Shown piece by piece: positions 1 to 11,370 of a stretch of 64,000 nucleotides of DNA. The stretch lies in contig CALKCJ010000025.1 of the NCBI GenBank assembly GCA_938082375.1, positions 37,363 to 101,362 of the forward strand. The letters are read 5' to 3'. The first letter of the stretch is position 1. Each line of letters opens with the position of its first letter. A program made the translations under genes and the position numbers. The notes beneath the pieces were generated by a model that saw only the letters and a program-made list of their open reading frames with translations, was not told where the DNA came from and searched no databases. The stretch is from an uncultured Thermomicrobiaceae bacterium. Lineage in GTDB: Bacteria > Chloroflexota > Chloroflexia > Thermomicrobiales > Thermomicrobiaceae.

Positions 1-1281
1 CTGCCGAACTTCGGGTTCCCGCTCTCTCAGGAGTTCGACGAGCGCAACCCTGACCCGCCGGCTGGTGACGGCCAGGTGCACACGGTGCAGTATTTCGAGC
101 GCGCGCGCTTCGAGTGGCACCCGGAGAATCGCGGCACCCAGTGGGAGGTGCTGCTGGGGCTGCTGGGCCGCGAGTACTTGCAGCACCGCGGGGCACCGCC
201 GGAGGCACTGGCCCGTCAGGATCCCGCTCTACCGCCGCCCGACCCGATCTCCGGCCGTCACTACGGCCCGCACGTCGGCTACGGCTTCAATATCCACTGG
301 CGTGGCGACGGCGAGGCCGACAGCTTCAACCAGAAGACGCTCGATATGGTCAAAGCCGCTGGGTTCTCCTGGATCCGGTTCCAGGTCGAGTGGTCGGACA
401 TCGAACGGGAGCCGGGCCGCTACTCTACCGGTGGCCTCGACCAGATCGTCGACCGCGCGTACCAAAGCGGCATCAAGATGATCGTCAGCGTCTCGCACGC
501 GCCATCCTGGCTGGATCCCAACCATGGGATCCCGTCCGACACCGGGCCGTTCCGCCAGCTGATGGAGCGCCTGGCACAACGCTATCGGGGGAAGGTACAG
601 GCTTGGGAGATCTGGAACGAGCAGAACCTGGTTTGGGTACCCGGGCAGCAGGTGGACGTCGGCCGCTACGTCGAGCTGCTGAAGGCCGGCTATCAGGGCG
701 TCAAGGCAGGTGACCCGGATGCCATCGTCCTGTTTGGGGGCCTGACGCCGACCGGCGTGATGGATCCCTCGATCGCGATCGACGACGTCGAGTACCTGCG
801 ACGGGCCTACGCCTATAACAACGGCGAGGTCAAGCGGTACTTCGACCACCTGGCGGCACACCCTGGAAGCAACCAGAACCCGCCGGATACCATGTGGCCG
901 TCCAACCCCGGGCCAGGGCCAGGCTGGCGTGACCACCCGAGCTTCTACTTCCGCCGGGTGGAGCAGCTCCGCCAGGTCATGCTCGACAACGGCGACGGCG
1001 CCAAGCAGATCTGGCTCACCGAGTTCGGCTGGACGACCGCCAACCAGGCGCCGGGCTATGAGTATGGCGTGTACACGAGCGAGGAAGAGCAGGCACAATA
1101 TCTCGTGCGGGCCTTCGAGATCGCCCGTACTGAGTGGCCCTGGATGGGCGTGATGGCCGTGTGGAACTTGAATTTCAGCGTGGTCGTGCCACCCAGTGAC
1201 GAGAAGTATCCGTGGTCGGTGCTCAACGGCGACTGGAGCCCGCGTCCGGCCTACCGCGCGCTGCAAGCCATGCCGAAGTAG
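1..1281 (+). CDS. Secreted glycoside hydrolase, clan GH-A (GH5-like TIM barrel); 5' end lies outside the window
   Basis: Frame 1 is open from nt 1 (LPNFGFPLSQEF...VHTVQYFERARFEWHP, an LGFP-like module also present at 34.4 kb). Catalytic-type motifs WEIWNEQN (acid/base Glu) and IWLTEFGW (nucleophile Glu). Confidence 0.75.
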   Translation: MPNFGFPLSQEFDERNPDPPAGDGQVHTVQYFERARFEWHPENRGTQWEVLLGLLGREYLQHRGAPPEALARQDPALPPPDPISGRHYGPHVGYGFNIHWRGDGEADSFNQKTLDMVKAAGFSWIRFQVEWSDIEREPGRYSTGGLDQIVDRAYQSGIKMIVSVSHAPSWLDPNHGIPSDTGPFRQLMERLAQRYRGKVQAWEIWNEQNLVWVPGQQVDVGRYVELLKAGYQGVKAGDPDAIVLFGGLTPTGVMDPSIAIDDVEYLRRAYAYNNGEVKRYFDHLAAHPGSNQNPPDTMWPSNPGPGPGWRDHPSFYFRRVEQLRQVMLDNGDGAKQIWLTEFGWTTANQAPGYEYGVYTSEEEQAQYLVRAFEIARTEWPWMGVMAVWNLNFSVVVPPSDEKYPWSVLNGDWSPRPAYRALQAMPK

Positions 1282-1381
1282 GCGAACCGCACCGATTTTC
1301 GGGTGCGCCCGTGCGAAGGCCCGCATCACGCTGGCAGTTTTGCCCCGGGTCCTCCGCGGGCGCACCGTTCGGAGGAAGTCG

Positions 1382-2230
1382 ATGGTGCTCTCTGGCAAGC
1401 TCTCGCTGGTGCTTCCGGCACACAACGAGGTGCTGAACCTCGAAGCTGTCGTACGGCGGGCGCTCGAGGTTCTCCCCGAACTCACCGAAGACTTCGAGGT
1501 CATCGTCGTCGACGACGGCAGCCGCGACGGCACCGCCGAGCTGGCCGACCGGCTGGCCGCCGAGTCGACCAAGGTTCGAGTCGTGCACCATCCGGTCAAC
1601 CGTGGTTACGGAGCCGCCCTCACTTCCGGGTTCCAAGCGGCTACCGGCGACTACATCATGTTCATGGACGCCGACCAGCAGTTCGACCCGGCCGATCTCG
1701 CCCACCTGGCACCGTTTGTGCCGCAGGCCGACGTGGTGGCCGGCTATCGGATCAAGCGGCGTGACCCCTGGATCCGGCTGCTCTACGCCCGCGTCTTCAA
1801 CCTCTGCATGCGGCTCCTCTTCGGGCTGAACGTCCGCGACATCGACTGCGCTTTCAAGGTCTACCGCGCTGATTTGCTCAAGGCGATCAAGATCACGACA
1901 GCTGGCGCGCTCATCAACACCGAGCTACTGGTCAAGGCACGGCGGGCCGGCGCCAGCATCGCCGAGGTCGGCGTCCGGCACTTCCCCCGGCCGACTGGAG
2001 AATCGTCCGGCGGCAGCCTTAAGGTGATCCTGCGGGCCATGCGCGAGACGATCTGGCTCTGGTGGCATATGCTCGGCTACCGGCCACCCGCGGTGCCGAC
2101 CCGCGGCCGGCCGATCCCGGCCACCCTGTTCCTGGTACGCGCGGCCGTTGTAGCGACGGTGGGGCTAGGAGTGCTGCTGGGAGCGGGCACCTGGCTGCTT
2201 CGCCGAGGGCGCGGCGGCCGCCGCGAGTAA
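1382..2230 (+). CDS. Family 2 glycosyltransferase (dolichyl/polyprenyl-phosphate sugar transferase-like)
   Basis: LSLVLPAHNE, VVDDGSRDGT and FMDADQQ (DXD) motifs; C-terminal TM segment. ATG at 1382 is preceded by GGAGGA; the longer track ORF N-terminus is Arg-rich and non-protein-like. Confidence 0.85.
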   Translation: MVLSGKLSLVLPAHNEVLNLEAVVRRALEVLPELTEDFEVIVVDDGSRDGTAELADRLAAESTKVRVVHHPVNRGYGAALTSGFQAATGDYIMFMDADQQFDPADLAHLAPFVPQADVVAGYRIKRRDPWIRLLYARVFNLCMRLLFGLNVRDIDCAFKVYRADLLKAIKITTAGALINTELLVKARRAGASIAEVGVRHFPRPTGESSGGSLKVILRAMRETIWLWWHMLGYRPPAVPTRGRPIPATLFLVRAAVVATVGLGVLLGAGTWLLRRGRGGRRE

Positions 2231-2275
2231 CCCTCGCCAGCGGACGCCCTCTCGCGGCGTCGCCCCAGGCGACCG

Positions 2276-2593
2276 CTACGCCCCGAGCCGGGCAGCGATG
2301 CGCGCCTGTAGCTCGTCCGCCCGCAGCCCCTCGATGAGCACGCACTTGCGCCGTGACCGCTCCCCGCCCAGAAAGCGAACCTGCCTCTTGGGCACGCCAA
2401 GCACTTCGCTGAGCAACTCGACCAGTGCCCGGTTCGCAGCGCCCTCGACCGGAGGAGCGGTCACCCGGATGCGGAGCGCCCCGCGCTCGACTCCAGCAAC
2501 CTCGCTCATGCCCGCGCGCGGTGTCACCTGAACCCAGAGCTCGACTCCCGCAGGCGTCTCCCGAAGCTCGAGCTGCCTGGCTCCCTCGCTCAT
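2276..2593 (-). CDS. DUF167 / YggU-family small protein
   Basis: 105 aa with the typical pattern VTPRAG...L.I.V.APPVEGAAN.AL...L...LGV.K..V....G..SR.K. Confidence 0.8.
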   Translation of the reverse strand: MSEGARQLELRETPAGVELWVQVTPRAGMSEVAGVERGALRIRVTAPPVEGAANRALVELLSEVLGVPKRQVRFLGGERSRRKCVLIEGLRADELQARIAARLGA

Positions 2594-2635
2594 CGGCGCA
2601 CTACCCGGTGAGGCACTCGTGGAGCGTGTCGAAGG

Positions 2636-3481
2636 TTATCTGGCCCGGCCGGTCGCAGCCTGGCGCACGGTCTCAGCCAGCACCTCGTTCAGGCTGCCGC
2701 TGCGGTAGCCCTCGAGATCTAGCGTCACGAAGCGGTAGCCGGTGGCGCGCAGCCGCTCGACGATCTCCGCGCGCAGCTCGACCGCGCGCAGGAAATCGTC
2801 CGGTCGCACCTCCAGGCGAGCGATCTCGTCATGGTGACGCACCCGGAACCCGCGGAAGCCCAGCTCGCGCAGCGCCCGCTCGGCTGCCGCCACCTGGCGC
2901 AGCTTCTCGACGGTGATGGGGGTGCCGTACGGGAACCGCGACGACAGGCAGGCATAGGCCGGCTTGTCCCAGGTGCGCAAGCCGAAGTGCTGCGACAGGG
3001 CACGGATCTCGGCCTTGGTCAGCCCGGCCTCCTGGAGCGGGCTGCGCACGCCCAGCTTGCGCGCCGCCCGTAAGCCAGGCCGGAAGTCGGCTAGGTCGTC
3101 CGCATTGGTGCCGTCGACCACGTGTGCGAGCCCACGCGCCCTGGCGAGTTCCCACAGCTTGCTGTACAGCTCGTCCTTGCAGAAGTAGCACCGCTGATGG
3201 GAGTTCATCGCGTAGCGTGGGTCGGTCAGTTCCTCGGTACGTACCATGACGTGCTCGACACCGAGTTCGGCGGCGAGCTCGCGCGCCTCGGCGATCTCCT
3301 CCTCTGGATAGGTATCGGAGAGCCCGGTGGCGGCGAGCACGCGGTTGCCGAGCACCTCGCGCGCAACGGAGAGCAAGAAGGTGCTGTCCACCCCGGCGCT
3401 GAAAGCGACGACCACAGACTCCAGCTCGGTCAGGATCTGCTTCAGCCGCTCGTACTTCTGCCACAAGGCCGCTTCGACCAT
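2636..3481 (-). CDS. larE: PP-loop ATP pyrophosphatase, LarE-like sulfur transferase (TIGR00268-type)
   Basis: PP-loop VVAFSAGVDSTFLL; CYFCKDELY; ACLSSRFPYGTPIT Cys motif. Start chosen at MVEAALWQKYE (3481); an upstream in-frame start at 3661 would overlap the divergent gene. Confidence 0.72.
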   Translation of the reverse strand: MVEAALWQKYERLKQILTELESVVVAFSAGVDSTFLLSVAREVLGNRVLAATGLSDTYPEEEIAEARELAAELGVEHVMVRTEELTDPRYAMNSHQRCYFCKDELYSKLWELARARGLAHVVDGTNADDLADFRPGLRAARKLGVRSPLQEAGLTKAEIRALSQHFGLRTWDKPAYACLSSRFPYGTPITVEKLRQVAAAERALRELGFRGFRVRHHDEIARLEVRPDDFLRAVELRAEIVERLRATGYRFVTLDLEGYRSGSLNEVLAETVRQAATGRAR

Positions 3482-3644
3482 CCGTCTCGCTCTATATCCT
3501 CGGCCAGCGGCCGGCTCCTGCGCAATCCGGGCCGTCAGCGCCCGTGCAAGCATAGCATGCTCGCTGCGAGTGGCACCTCGCCAGCCGGTTCGGTAGCATC
3601 CAGCGGGGTTCGGTAGATGATAGCCACGGAGCTGCGGGAATCTC

Positions 3645-4691
3645 ATGGAGCAGGCACGCATCGAGCGCTATTGGCGCCATCTGCTGGCTGGCCTCGCGAT
3701 CGGCGTGCTGGTCGTCTTCGCGCTGGCGATCATCACCGACGGGAGGCAGCTGGTAGCGTCCCTCACCGGATTCGAGTGGTCGCTCCTGCCGGTGATCCTG
3801 GGCCTCACCACCTTCAACTACGCGCTCCGTTTCGTCAAGTGGCAACTCTATCTCCGCTGGGTCGGCGTCGACCGGCTGCCACGCACGCTCAGCCTCGGGA
3901 TCTTCCTCGCCGGATTCGCCATGACGATCACACCTGGCAAAGTCGGTGAGCTCCTCAAGTCTTACCTGCTCCGCCGGGCAACCGGCGTCTCGCTGGCCAC
4001 CACGGCCCCGGTGGTGCTCGCCGAGCGCCTGACCGACGGTCTGGCGATGGCGATTCTGGCGCTGGCCAGTGCTTTTGCCGGCATCGAGACCGGCTGGGCT
4101 AGCTTGGCGCTCGTGCTGGTCGTGCTCCTCGGGGGGATCGGTGCACTCCAGCAACGCCAGCTCATGTTGGTCATTGTGCGCCGGTGCACCCAGCTTCCTC
4201 TCGTTCGCCGCCAGGCCCGCGCTGTCTATGAGCTGTACCACGCCTCCTACGAACTGTTCCGGCCACGGCACCTGGTCACCGCCTCCGGGCTGAGCGTGGT
4301 CTCCTGGTTCGGCGAGTGCCTCGCCCTGTGGGTCATTCTTGTGGGGCTAGGTCTACCATTGACGCGCGACGTGCTCCTGCTGGCTGTGTTCAGCCTCTCC
4401 ACAGCCTCCATCGCCGGGGCGCTCTCCTTGCTCCCCGGTGGCCTGGGTGCGGCCGAAGCAAGCATTACTGGGATCCTGCTCGTCTTGAGCCAGCCACGCA
4501 TGGCGCCGGCCACTGCTGCGGCCGCGACCCTCCTCATCCGCTTCGCCACCTTGTGGTTTGGGGTGGCGCTGGGCCTGCTGGCGCTAATGTGGGTACAGCA
4601 GCGGCTCGCACGGCACGTGCCGGAACCGGGCACCGGTGGGTCACCATCCCGCCTGGCGGAGCCACCGGCAGCGAATCACCAGCGGAGCTGA
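3645..4691 (+). CDS. Polytopic membrane protein, lysylphosphatidylglycerol-synthase TM-region (UPF0104) family
   Basis: About 8 predicted TM helices; N-terminus ...LLPVILGLTTFNYALRFVKWQLYLR typical of the LPG_synthase_TM family. Confidence 0.7.
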   Translation: MEQARIERYWRHLLAGLAIGVLVVFALAIITDGRQLVASLTGFEWSLLPVILGLTTFNYALRFVKWQLYLRWVGVDRLPRTLSLGIFLAGFAMTITPGKVGELLKSYLLRRATGVSLATTAPVVLAERLTDGLAMAILALASAFAGIETGWASLALVLVVLLGGIGALQQRQLMLVIVRRCTQLPLVRRQARAVYELYHASYELFRPRHLVTASGLSVVSWFGECLALWVILVGLGLPLTRDVLLLAVFSLSTASIAGALSLLPGGLGAAEASITGILLVLSQPRMAPATAAAATLLIRFATLWFGVALGLLALMWVQQRLARHVPEPGTGGSPSRLAEPPAANHQRS

Positions 4692-4748
4692 GAGCAGGCG
4701 CTCGCCATGCTCCCGAACCGGTGGATGCGCTGCGCGCGAACGCTGTGA

Positions 4749-4776
4749 GAACACGAAACCCCGGCTGTGCCGGGGT
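4749..4776 (-). terminator. Intrinsic terminator downstream of pnp
   Basis: On the minus strand, CCCCGGC-ACA-GCCGGGG hairpin followed by UUUCGUGUU. Confidence 0.55.
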
Positions 4777-4805
4777 GCTGCGCCTGCTCGACGCATCCGC
4801 GGGGC

Positions 4806-7172
4806 TCACGACTCGTCGTCGAGCAGCTCCTTCAAGCGGTCGCCGATCCGGTAGCCGCCCGGCCGCTCGGGGCGGGGCGGAACTCCCGGCCGTGGCCGCC
4901 GGTCAGGCCCCCGATCTCGGGCACCGGGGCGCCCGCCGGACGGGCCACCGCGGCGATCGGGCCCACGGGGCTCGCGCTCACCCCCGTGCGGTCTGGGCGG
5001 ACGGCCACCAGGGCCGGACGGCACGCCGGCTGCCTCGCGTTCCTGCTCGGCGGCTTCTCGCTCGAGCAGCGCCTTGCGCGACAGATTGATCTTCCCGTCG
5101 GGCCGGATCCCGGTCACCATGACATTGATCTCCTGTCCTACCTTGAGTACGTCTTCGACCGATCGCACCCGCTCGGGCGCGATCTCTGAGATATGCAGGA
5201 AGCCGTCCTTACCCGGCAGGATCTCGACGAAAGCGCCGGACGGGATGATCGTGACGACCCGCCCGTAGAAGATCTCGCCTACCTGCGGCACACGGGTGAG
5301 CTTCTCGATCTCCCGCACAGCGCGGCGGGCGCTGTCTTCATCCGCCGCGCTGATGAAGACCGTGCCATCCTCCTCGATCTCGATCTTGGAGCCGGTCGCC
5401 TCCTGGATACCGCGGATCACCCGGCCGCCAGGGCCGATCACCTCACCGATCTGCTCGGGGCGAATCTTGATGCGGATCACCCGCGGCGCGTACGGCGACA
5501 TCTCCGACCGCGGTGCCGGGAGCACCGCGGTCATCTTCTCGAGGATGTAGAGCCGGCCACGACGAGCCTGCTCCAGCGCGGAGCGCAAGATCTCGGGCGT
5601 GATGCCCATCACTTTGATGTCCATCTGGACAGCCGTCACGCCGTCCTGCGTGCCGGCCACCTTGAAGTCCATGTCCCCAAGCGCGTCCTCGATCCCCTGG
5701 ATATCGCTCAGGATGGTGTAGCGCCCCGTCTCCACATCAGTCACCAGCCCCATGGCCACGCCAGCGACGGGCTTGCGGATCGGCACGCCCGCATCCATGA
5801 GCGCTAACGTGCTCCCGCAGACGCTGGCCATCGAAGTCGAGCCGTTGGAGCTCAACACCTCGGAGACCAGCCGCATGGTGTAGGGGAACTCATCCTCGCT
5901 CGGGATGACCGCAAGCAGCGCGCGTTCAGCCAGCGCCCCGTGGCCGATATCGCGCCTGCTCGGCCCGCGCAGGCGCCGCACCTCTCCAACGCTGAAGGGC
6001 GGGAAGTTGTAGTGGTGGATGTACCGTTTGGATTCCTCGATCCCCAGCGTGTCGAGGAGTTGCTCCTCTTCCTTGGTGCCGAGGGTACACACCGTGAGCA
6101 CCTGTGTCTGACCGCGGGTGAAGAGCGCTGAGCCGTGCGGCCGCGGCAGGATCCCCACCTGAATCCAGATCTCCCGGATCTCGTCGGGGCGCCGGCCGTC
6201 GGGTCGCTCGCCGCGCTCGAGGATCGACTCGCGCACCAGGCGTTTGACCAGTGAGTCGAAGAGCTCACCAACCTCCTTCGCAGTCGGGGCTGGCTGCTCC
6301 GGCGCGGTTACGAGTTCGGCCGGCGCGAAGTGTGCGAGCACCTCCTGGCGCAGCGCGGCGGTCGCTTCCAGCCGGGCAGCCTTGTCCGGGTTGAAAACGG
6401 CAGCCGCGAGCCGGTCGCCGACGTACGCTTCGATCTGGAGCTTCAGCTCGATGTTCTCGGCAGGCGGGACGAACTCGCGCTTGGGTTTGCCGGCCGCGGC
6501 CTGCAGCTCGCGTTGGAGCTCGACAATCCGCTTGATCTCTCGATGCGCCAAGAGGATCGCCTCGACCAGCCGCTCCTCTGGGATCTCGCTCGCCTGCCCC
6601 TCGACCATCACCACGGCGTCAGCCGTGCCGGCGACGACCAGGTTCAGTTGGCTCTCGAGGAGTTGCCGGCTCGTCGGGTTTACCACCAGCTCGCCATCGA
6701 TCTCGCCGATGCGTACCGCGCCGACTGGGCCGTACCAGGGAATATCGGAAATGGTCAGCGCCGCCGACGCGCCAATGATCGAGAGGATGTCCGGCTCGTT
6801 CTCCTGGTCGGCCGAGAGGACGGTGGAGATGACCTGTACCTCGTTTCGGTAGCCCTTGGGGAAGAGCGGCCGGATCGGGCGGTCAGTCAGGCGAGCGGCG
6901 AGGATCGCCGCCTCCGATGGCCGTGCCTCGCGCCGGAAGAAGCCCCCCGGGATCTTCCCCGCAGCGTACATCTTCTCCTCGTAGTCGACGGTTAGCGGAA
7001 AGAAGTCGATCCCCTCGGCCGGCTCCTTCGCGCCCACGACGGTCGAGAGGACAACCGTCTCCCCGTACCGTACCATGACTGCCCCATCGGCCTGCTCGGC
7101 GACTCGCCCGGTCTCGATCGTGAGGATTCGGCCGTTGACCTCGATTGATCGCTCCTGGATGAGAGGTGGCAT
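4806..7172 (-). CDS. pnp: Polyribonucleotide nucleotidyltransferase (PNPase) with an Arg/Gly/Pro-rich C-terminal tail
   Basis: Full-length match to PNPase architecture (two RNase PH domains, KH, S1; GSSSMASVCG-type motif [20 protein letters not shown]). Located downstream of rpsO. Confidence 0.97.
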   Translation of the reverse strand: MPPLIQERSIEVNGRILTIETGRVAEQADGAVMVRYGETVVLSTVVGAKEPAEGIDFFPLTVDYEEKMYAAGKIPGGFFRREARPSEAAILAARLTDRPIRPLFPKGYRNEVQVISTVLSADQENEPDILSIIGASAALTISDIPWYGPVGAVRIGEIDGELVVNPTSRQLLESQLNLVVAGTADAVVMVEGQASEIPEERLVEAILLAHREIKRIVELQRELQAAAGKPKREFVPPAENIELKLQIEAYVGDRLAAAVFNPDKAARLEATAALRQEVLAHFAPAELVTAPEQPAPTAKEVGELFDSLVKRLVRESILERGERPDGRRPDEIREIWIQVGILPRPHGSALFTRGQTQVLTVCTLGTKEEEQLLDTLGIEESKRYIHHYNFPPFSVGEVRRLRGPSRRDIGHGALAERALLAVIPSEDEFPYTMRLVSEVLSSNGSTSMASVCGSTLALMDAGVPIRKPVAGVAMGLVTDVETGRYTILSDIQGIEDALGDMDFKVAGTQDGVTAVQMDIKVMGITPEILRSALEQARRGRLYILEKMTAVLPAPRSEMSPYAPRVIRIKIRPEQIGEVIGPGGRVIRGIQEATGSKIEIEEDGTVFISAADEDSARRAVREIEKLTRVPQVGEIFYGRVVTIIPSGAFVEILPGKDGFLHISEIAPERVRSVEDVLKVGQEINVMVTGIRPDGKINLSRKALLEREAAEQEREAAGVPSGPGGRPPRPHGGEREPRGPDRRGGPSGGRPGARDRGPDRRPRPGVPPRPERPGGYRIGDRLKELLDDES

Positions 7173-7310
7173 ACCCTAACTCCTCTATCTGCGAAACGCT
7201 GTCGACACGACGCGGCAAGCTTCCTCGCGGTCAGGGCGCTCGTACGGCAGGGGCACCGCGCACACCACGTTCGCGAGGCGAACACGCGGCCGAGCGAGCA
7301 CGGCGGGCCA

Positions 7311-7343
7311 CAACGCAAAAGCCCAGGGTGCACGCCCCTGGGC
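7311..7343 (-). terminator. rpsO terminator / pnp leader hairpin
   Basis: On the minus strand, GCCCAGGG-loop-CCCUGGGC followed by UUUUGCGUUG, sited between rpsO and pnp. Confidence 0.6.
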
Positions 7344-7432
7344 CGAAAAGCCGCAGCCAGCCAGTGCGGCGCATCCTGAAGCCTTTGACAGTGACGTCCT
7401 GGTGTGCTCGATCGGCCTCAGCAGACACGTCG

Positions 7433-7702
7433 CTACCGACGGAGTCCGAGACGATTGATGAGCGTACGGTAGCGCTCGGCATCGGTGTCACGCAGGTACC
7501 TCAGTAACCGCCGCCGGCGCCCAACCAATTGGAGCAGCCCGCGGCGCGAGTGATGGTCGTGCGGATGCTCGCGCAAGTGCTCGACCAGCGTGTTGATCCG
7601 CTCGGTGAGCAGGGCAATCTGCACTTCGGATGACCCGGTGTCGGCTTCGTGCGTGCGGTACCGCTGGATGATCTCTTCCTTCTGGGCCTTATAGAGCGTC
7701 AT
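7433..7702 (-). CDS. rpsO: 30S ribosomal protein S15
   Basis: 89 aa [36 protein letters not shown]...; start at internal ATG 7702 with GAGGGGG upstream. Confidence 0.95.
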   Translation of the reverse strand: MTLYKAQKEEIIQRYRTHEADTGSSEVQIALLTERINTLVEHLREHPHDHHSRRGLLQLVGRRRRLLRYLRDTDAERYRTLINRLGLRR

Positions 7703-7742
7703 GCCCTGCTTGCCCCCTCGCGTCCCAGTTCTCACGCTAAAC

Positions 7743-7813
7743 CTTCCCCTCGCCACAGAGGGGAAGCCCACACAACAGATGGCAGTATAGCAGAAATGAT
7801 CACCCACACCCAA
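7743..7813 (-). promoter_or_regulatory. Putative rpsO promoter plus 5' UTR hairpin
   Basis: Minus strand: TTGGGT-18 nt-TATACT, then a 9-bp hairpin CUUCCCCUC/GAGGGGAAG (7743-7766) in the 5' UTR. Confidence 0.35.
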
Positions 7814-7970
7814 CCGGTGACCAGACGACCGGCGACCCGCTACAGGCCACTCCGGTGACCACGGCCCGCCTCGACGCAATCGGCCTCGACAGGCCGGAGG
7901 GGGCAACTGCCGCGGTGCGCTCGGGAAGCTTCGCCCGACCCGGTAGCCTCTCTGGCTCGAGCCCGTCCTG

Positions 7971-8978
<1,008 letters not shown>

Positions 8979-9049
8979 GGTCTTGCTGACCCCCTCCTGT
9001 ACCCAAACTCCACTCGCTGGCCGTGAGCCCGTTTCCGGCAACATCCGAG

Positions 9050-9583
9050 CTAGGCTACAACTTCGGGCTGGCCAATGGCAACAGCCCGGCTGCCCCGCGC
9101 CATCGCGACCACGCCGGTGCGGGCCAGCTCCTTGATCCCATACGGGCGAATCAGCGTGATCAACGACTCGATCTTCTCCGGCGGGCCGGTGACCTCGATC
9201 ACCATTGCGTCCGGCGCCGCGTCGACGATGCGCGCCCGGTAGACGTCCGAGACGAGCCGCATGATATCGGAGCGTGTCCGCTCCGTCGCGTTCACCTTGA
9301 TGAGCGCGAGTTCCCGCTGGATCAGGTTCTCGTCGGTGACGTCCGTAATCTTGATGACCTCGAGCACCTTATAGAGCTGCTTGACCAGTTGCTCGATCTT
9401 GCGGTCGTCTCCCTTGGCCACCAGCGTAATCCGCGAAAGGCCTGGCGTCTCGGTATGCCCGACTGCAATGCTGTCGATGTTGAAGCCCCGCTGGCGGAAG
9501 AGGCTCACGATCCGGTTCATCACTCCCGGCTTGTCTTCCACCAGCACGACCAGTGTGTGGCTGCGCACCCTACCACTCCCCAT
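9050..9583 (-). CDS. ilvN: Acetolactate synthase small (regulatory) subunit
   Basis: ACT-domain N-terminus [34 protein letters not shown]. The start may instead be the GTG at 9568, just after the ilvB stop. Confidence 0.9.
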   Translation of the reverse strand: MGSGRVRSHTLVVLVEDKPGVMNRIVSLFRQRGFNIDSIAVGHTETPGLSRITLVAKGDDRKIEQLVKQLYKVLEVIKITDVTDENLIQRELALIKVNATERTRSDIMRLVSDVYRARIVDAAPDAMVIEVTGPPEKIESLITLIRPYGIKELARTGVVAMARGSRAVAIGQPEVVA

Positions 9584-11309
9584 CCTGCGCGTCGTGCACG
9601 TCGATCATCTCCCGGAAGGAGCCTCCCGATGGGATCATCGGGTAGACGTTCTCTTCCTGGTTGACCACGAATTCGATCAGTGCCGGGCCCCGGAACGAGC
9701 GCGCCCACTGGATCGCCTCGTCCACCTCGGCCGGCCGGGTGACGCGCCGTGCCGGCATCCGGTAGGCCTGGCCGAGCAGCACGTAGTCGGGGCTACTGAT
9801 CGGCGTCTCGGAGTAGTTCCGGTTGTGGAAGAGCTGCTGCCACTGTCGCACCATGCCGAGGTAGCCGTTGTTGATGATCGCGACCTTCACGTTGCACTGC
9901 TCGTCGACGATGGTCGCGAACTCGTACAGCGTCATCTGGACGCCGCCGTCCCCGACCACCGCCCAGACTTCCGCCTCCGGGCGCCCGAACCAGGCACCCA
10001 TTGCCGAGGGCACGCCGAAGCCCATGGTACCGAGCCCACCGGAGCTGATCCACTGCTTGGGGATGTCGCACTTGTAGAGCTGAGCTGTCCACATCTGATG
10101 TTGCCCGACATCGGTCGTGACGATCGCCTTGCCCTCGGTCAGTTTGTGCAGCCGGTCGATCACGTACTGTGGTTGGAGCACGCCATCGGGGCCGGACGGC
10201 GCGGTGCGGATCGGCCGGTACCAGCTCCGGATCGTTTCGATCCACTCGTCGTGGCGCAGCGGCTCCATCTCTTCCAGGAGTAGCTTCAGCGCTTCGCGCG
10301 CGTCGCCGACCACCGGCACCTCAGTCTTCAGCACCTTGCCGATCTCGGCCGGGTCGATATCGATGTGGACGATCCTGGCGTTGGGAGCGAACTCACTGGG
10401 GCGCCCGGTGACCCGGTCGTCGAACCGCATGCCGATGCCGACGATCACGTCGGCCTCGTGGATGGCGCGGTTGGCATGGGCAAAGCCGTGCATCCCCACC
10501 AGCCCGAGGCAGAGCGGATGCGATGCCGGGAAGCCGCTGATCCCGAGCAGCGTCAGCCCCACGGGAATCTGTGCCCGCTCGGCGAACTTGACGAGCTCCT
10601 CCGTGGCACCGGAAATCAGGATGCCGTGGCCGGCCAGGACGAGCGGCCGCTTGGCTTGCCGGATCAGCTCGGCGGCGCGGCGGATCTGCCGCCGGTGCGG
10701 GACGATGGTCGGGCGATAACCAGGCAGGTTGACGGGCTGGGGCGGGGCGAGGTAGCCCTTGGCGAGCTGGACGTCCTTGGGGATGTCGATCAGCACCGGC
10801 CCGGGCCGGCCCGACCTCGCCAGGTAGAAGGCCTTCTGGATAGCCGGGCCGATCTCGTCCACGCTGCGGATCACCATGTTGTACTTAGTAATCGGGATGG
10901 TGATCCCGGTGATGTCGGTCTCCTGGAAGGCGTCCATCCCGATGACGTGCTGCGGCACTTGGCCGGTGATGGCCACCAGTGGCACCGAGTCCATCATCGC
11001 CGTGGCGATCCCGGTGACCAGGTTCGTGGCTCCGGGGCCAGAGGTTGCCAGGCAGACGCCCACTTTGCCGGTGGCGCGCGCATAGCCGTCGGCCGCGTGC
11101 GCCGCGCCCTGCTCGTGGCGGACGAGCACGTGGTGGATCGGGAATTCCGGCAGCACGTCGTAGAGCGGGATGACGGCCCCGCCGGGATACCCGAAGACCA
11201 GATCCACGCCTTCACGCACGAGCGCCTGGCAGATCAGCCGGGCGCCCAACTGCGGTTCGGTCTGGTGCTGCTCCGTGGTCACGCGTCGCGTTTGTGTCTC
11301 GACCGCCAT
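9570..11309 (-). CDS. ilvB: Acetolactate synthase large (catalytic) subunit
   Basis: ThDP/FAD AHAS architecture: GYPGGAVIPLYD, GLGTMGFGVPSAMGA, VVGDGGVQMT. Confidence 0.95.
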   Translation of the reverse strand: MAVETQTRRVTTEQHQTEPQLGARLICQALVREGVDLVFGYPGGAVIPLYDVLPEFPIHHVLVRHEQGAAHAADGYARATGKVGVCLATSGPGATNLVTGIATAMMDSVPLVAITGQVPQHVIGMDAFQETDITGITIPITKYNMVIRSVDEIGPAIQKAFYLARSGRPGPVLIDIPKDVQLAKGYLAPPQPVNLPGYRPTIVPHRRQIRRAAELIRQAKRPLVLAGHGILISGATEELVKFAERAQIPVGLTLLGISGFPASHPLCLGLVGMHGFAHANRAIHEADVIVGIGMRFDDRVTGRPSEFAPNARIVHIDIDPAEIGKVLKTEVPVVGDAREALKLLLEEMEPLRHDEWIETIRSWYRPIRTAPSGPDGVLQPQYVIDRLHKLTEGKAIVTTDVGQHQMWTAQLYKCDIPKQWISSGGLGTMGFGVPSAMGAWFGRPEAEVWAVVGDGGVQMTLYEFATIVDEQCNVKVAIINNGYLGMVRQWQQLFHNRNYSETPISSPDYVLLGQAYRMPARRVTRPAEVDEAIQWARSFRGPALIEFVVNQEENVYPMIPSGGSFREMIDVHDAQDGEW

Positions 11310-11370
11310 CGCCTTGCCCTCCTTACCCGACTCCCGGGTACCCCCGGTTCAACGCTCTGCGCCCGAGCGT

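Noticed and set aside
229-1599. 456-aa minus-strand ORF. Similar long ORFs lie antisense or out of frame to recognised genes, e.g. 10365-12344(+), 15402-16706(-), 25248-26291(-), 37062-38072(-), 49574-50980(-), 53723-54613(-), 32712-34034(-).
   Set aside because: They overlap genes with clear family motifs. They are Arg/Ala/Pro/Ser-rich with no motifs. Such open frames are expected by chance on the opposite strand of GC-rich coding DNA.
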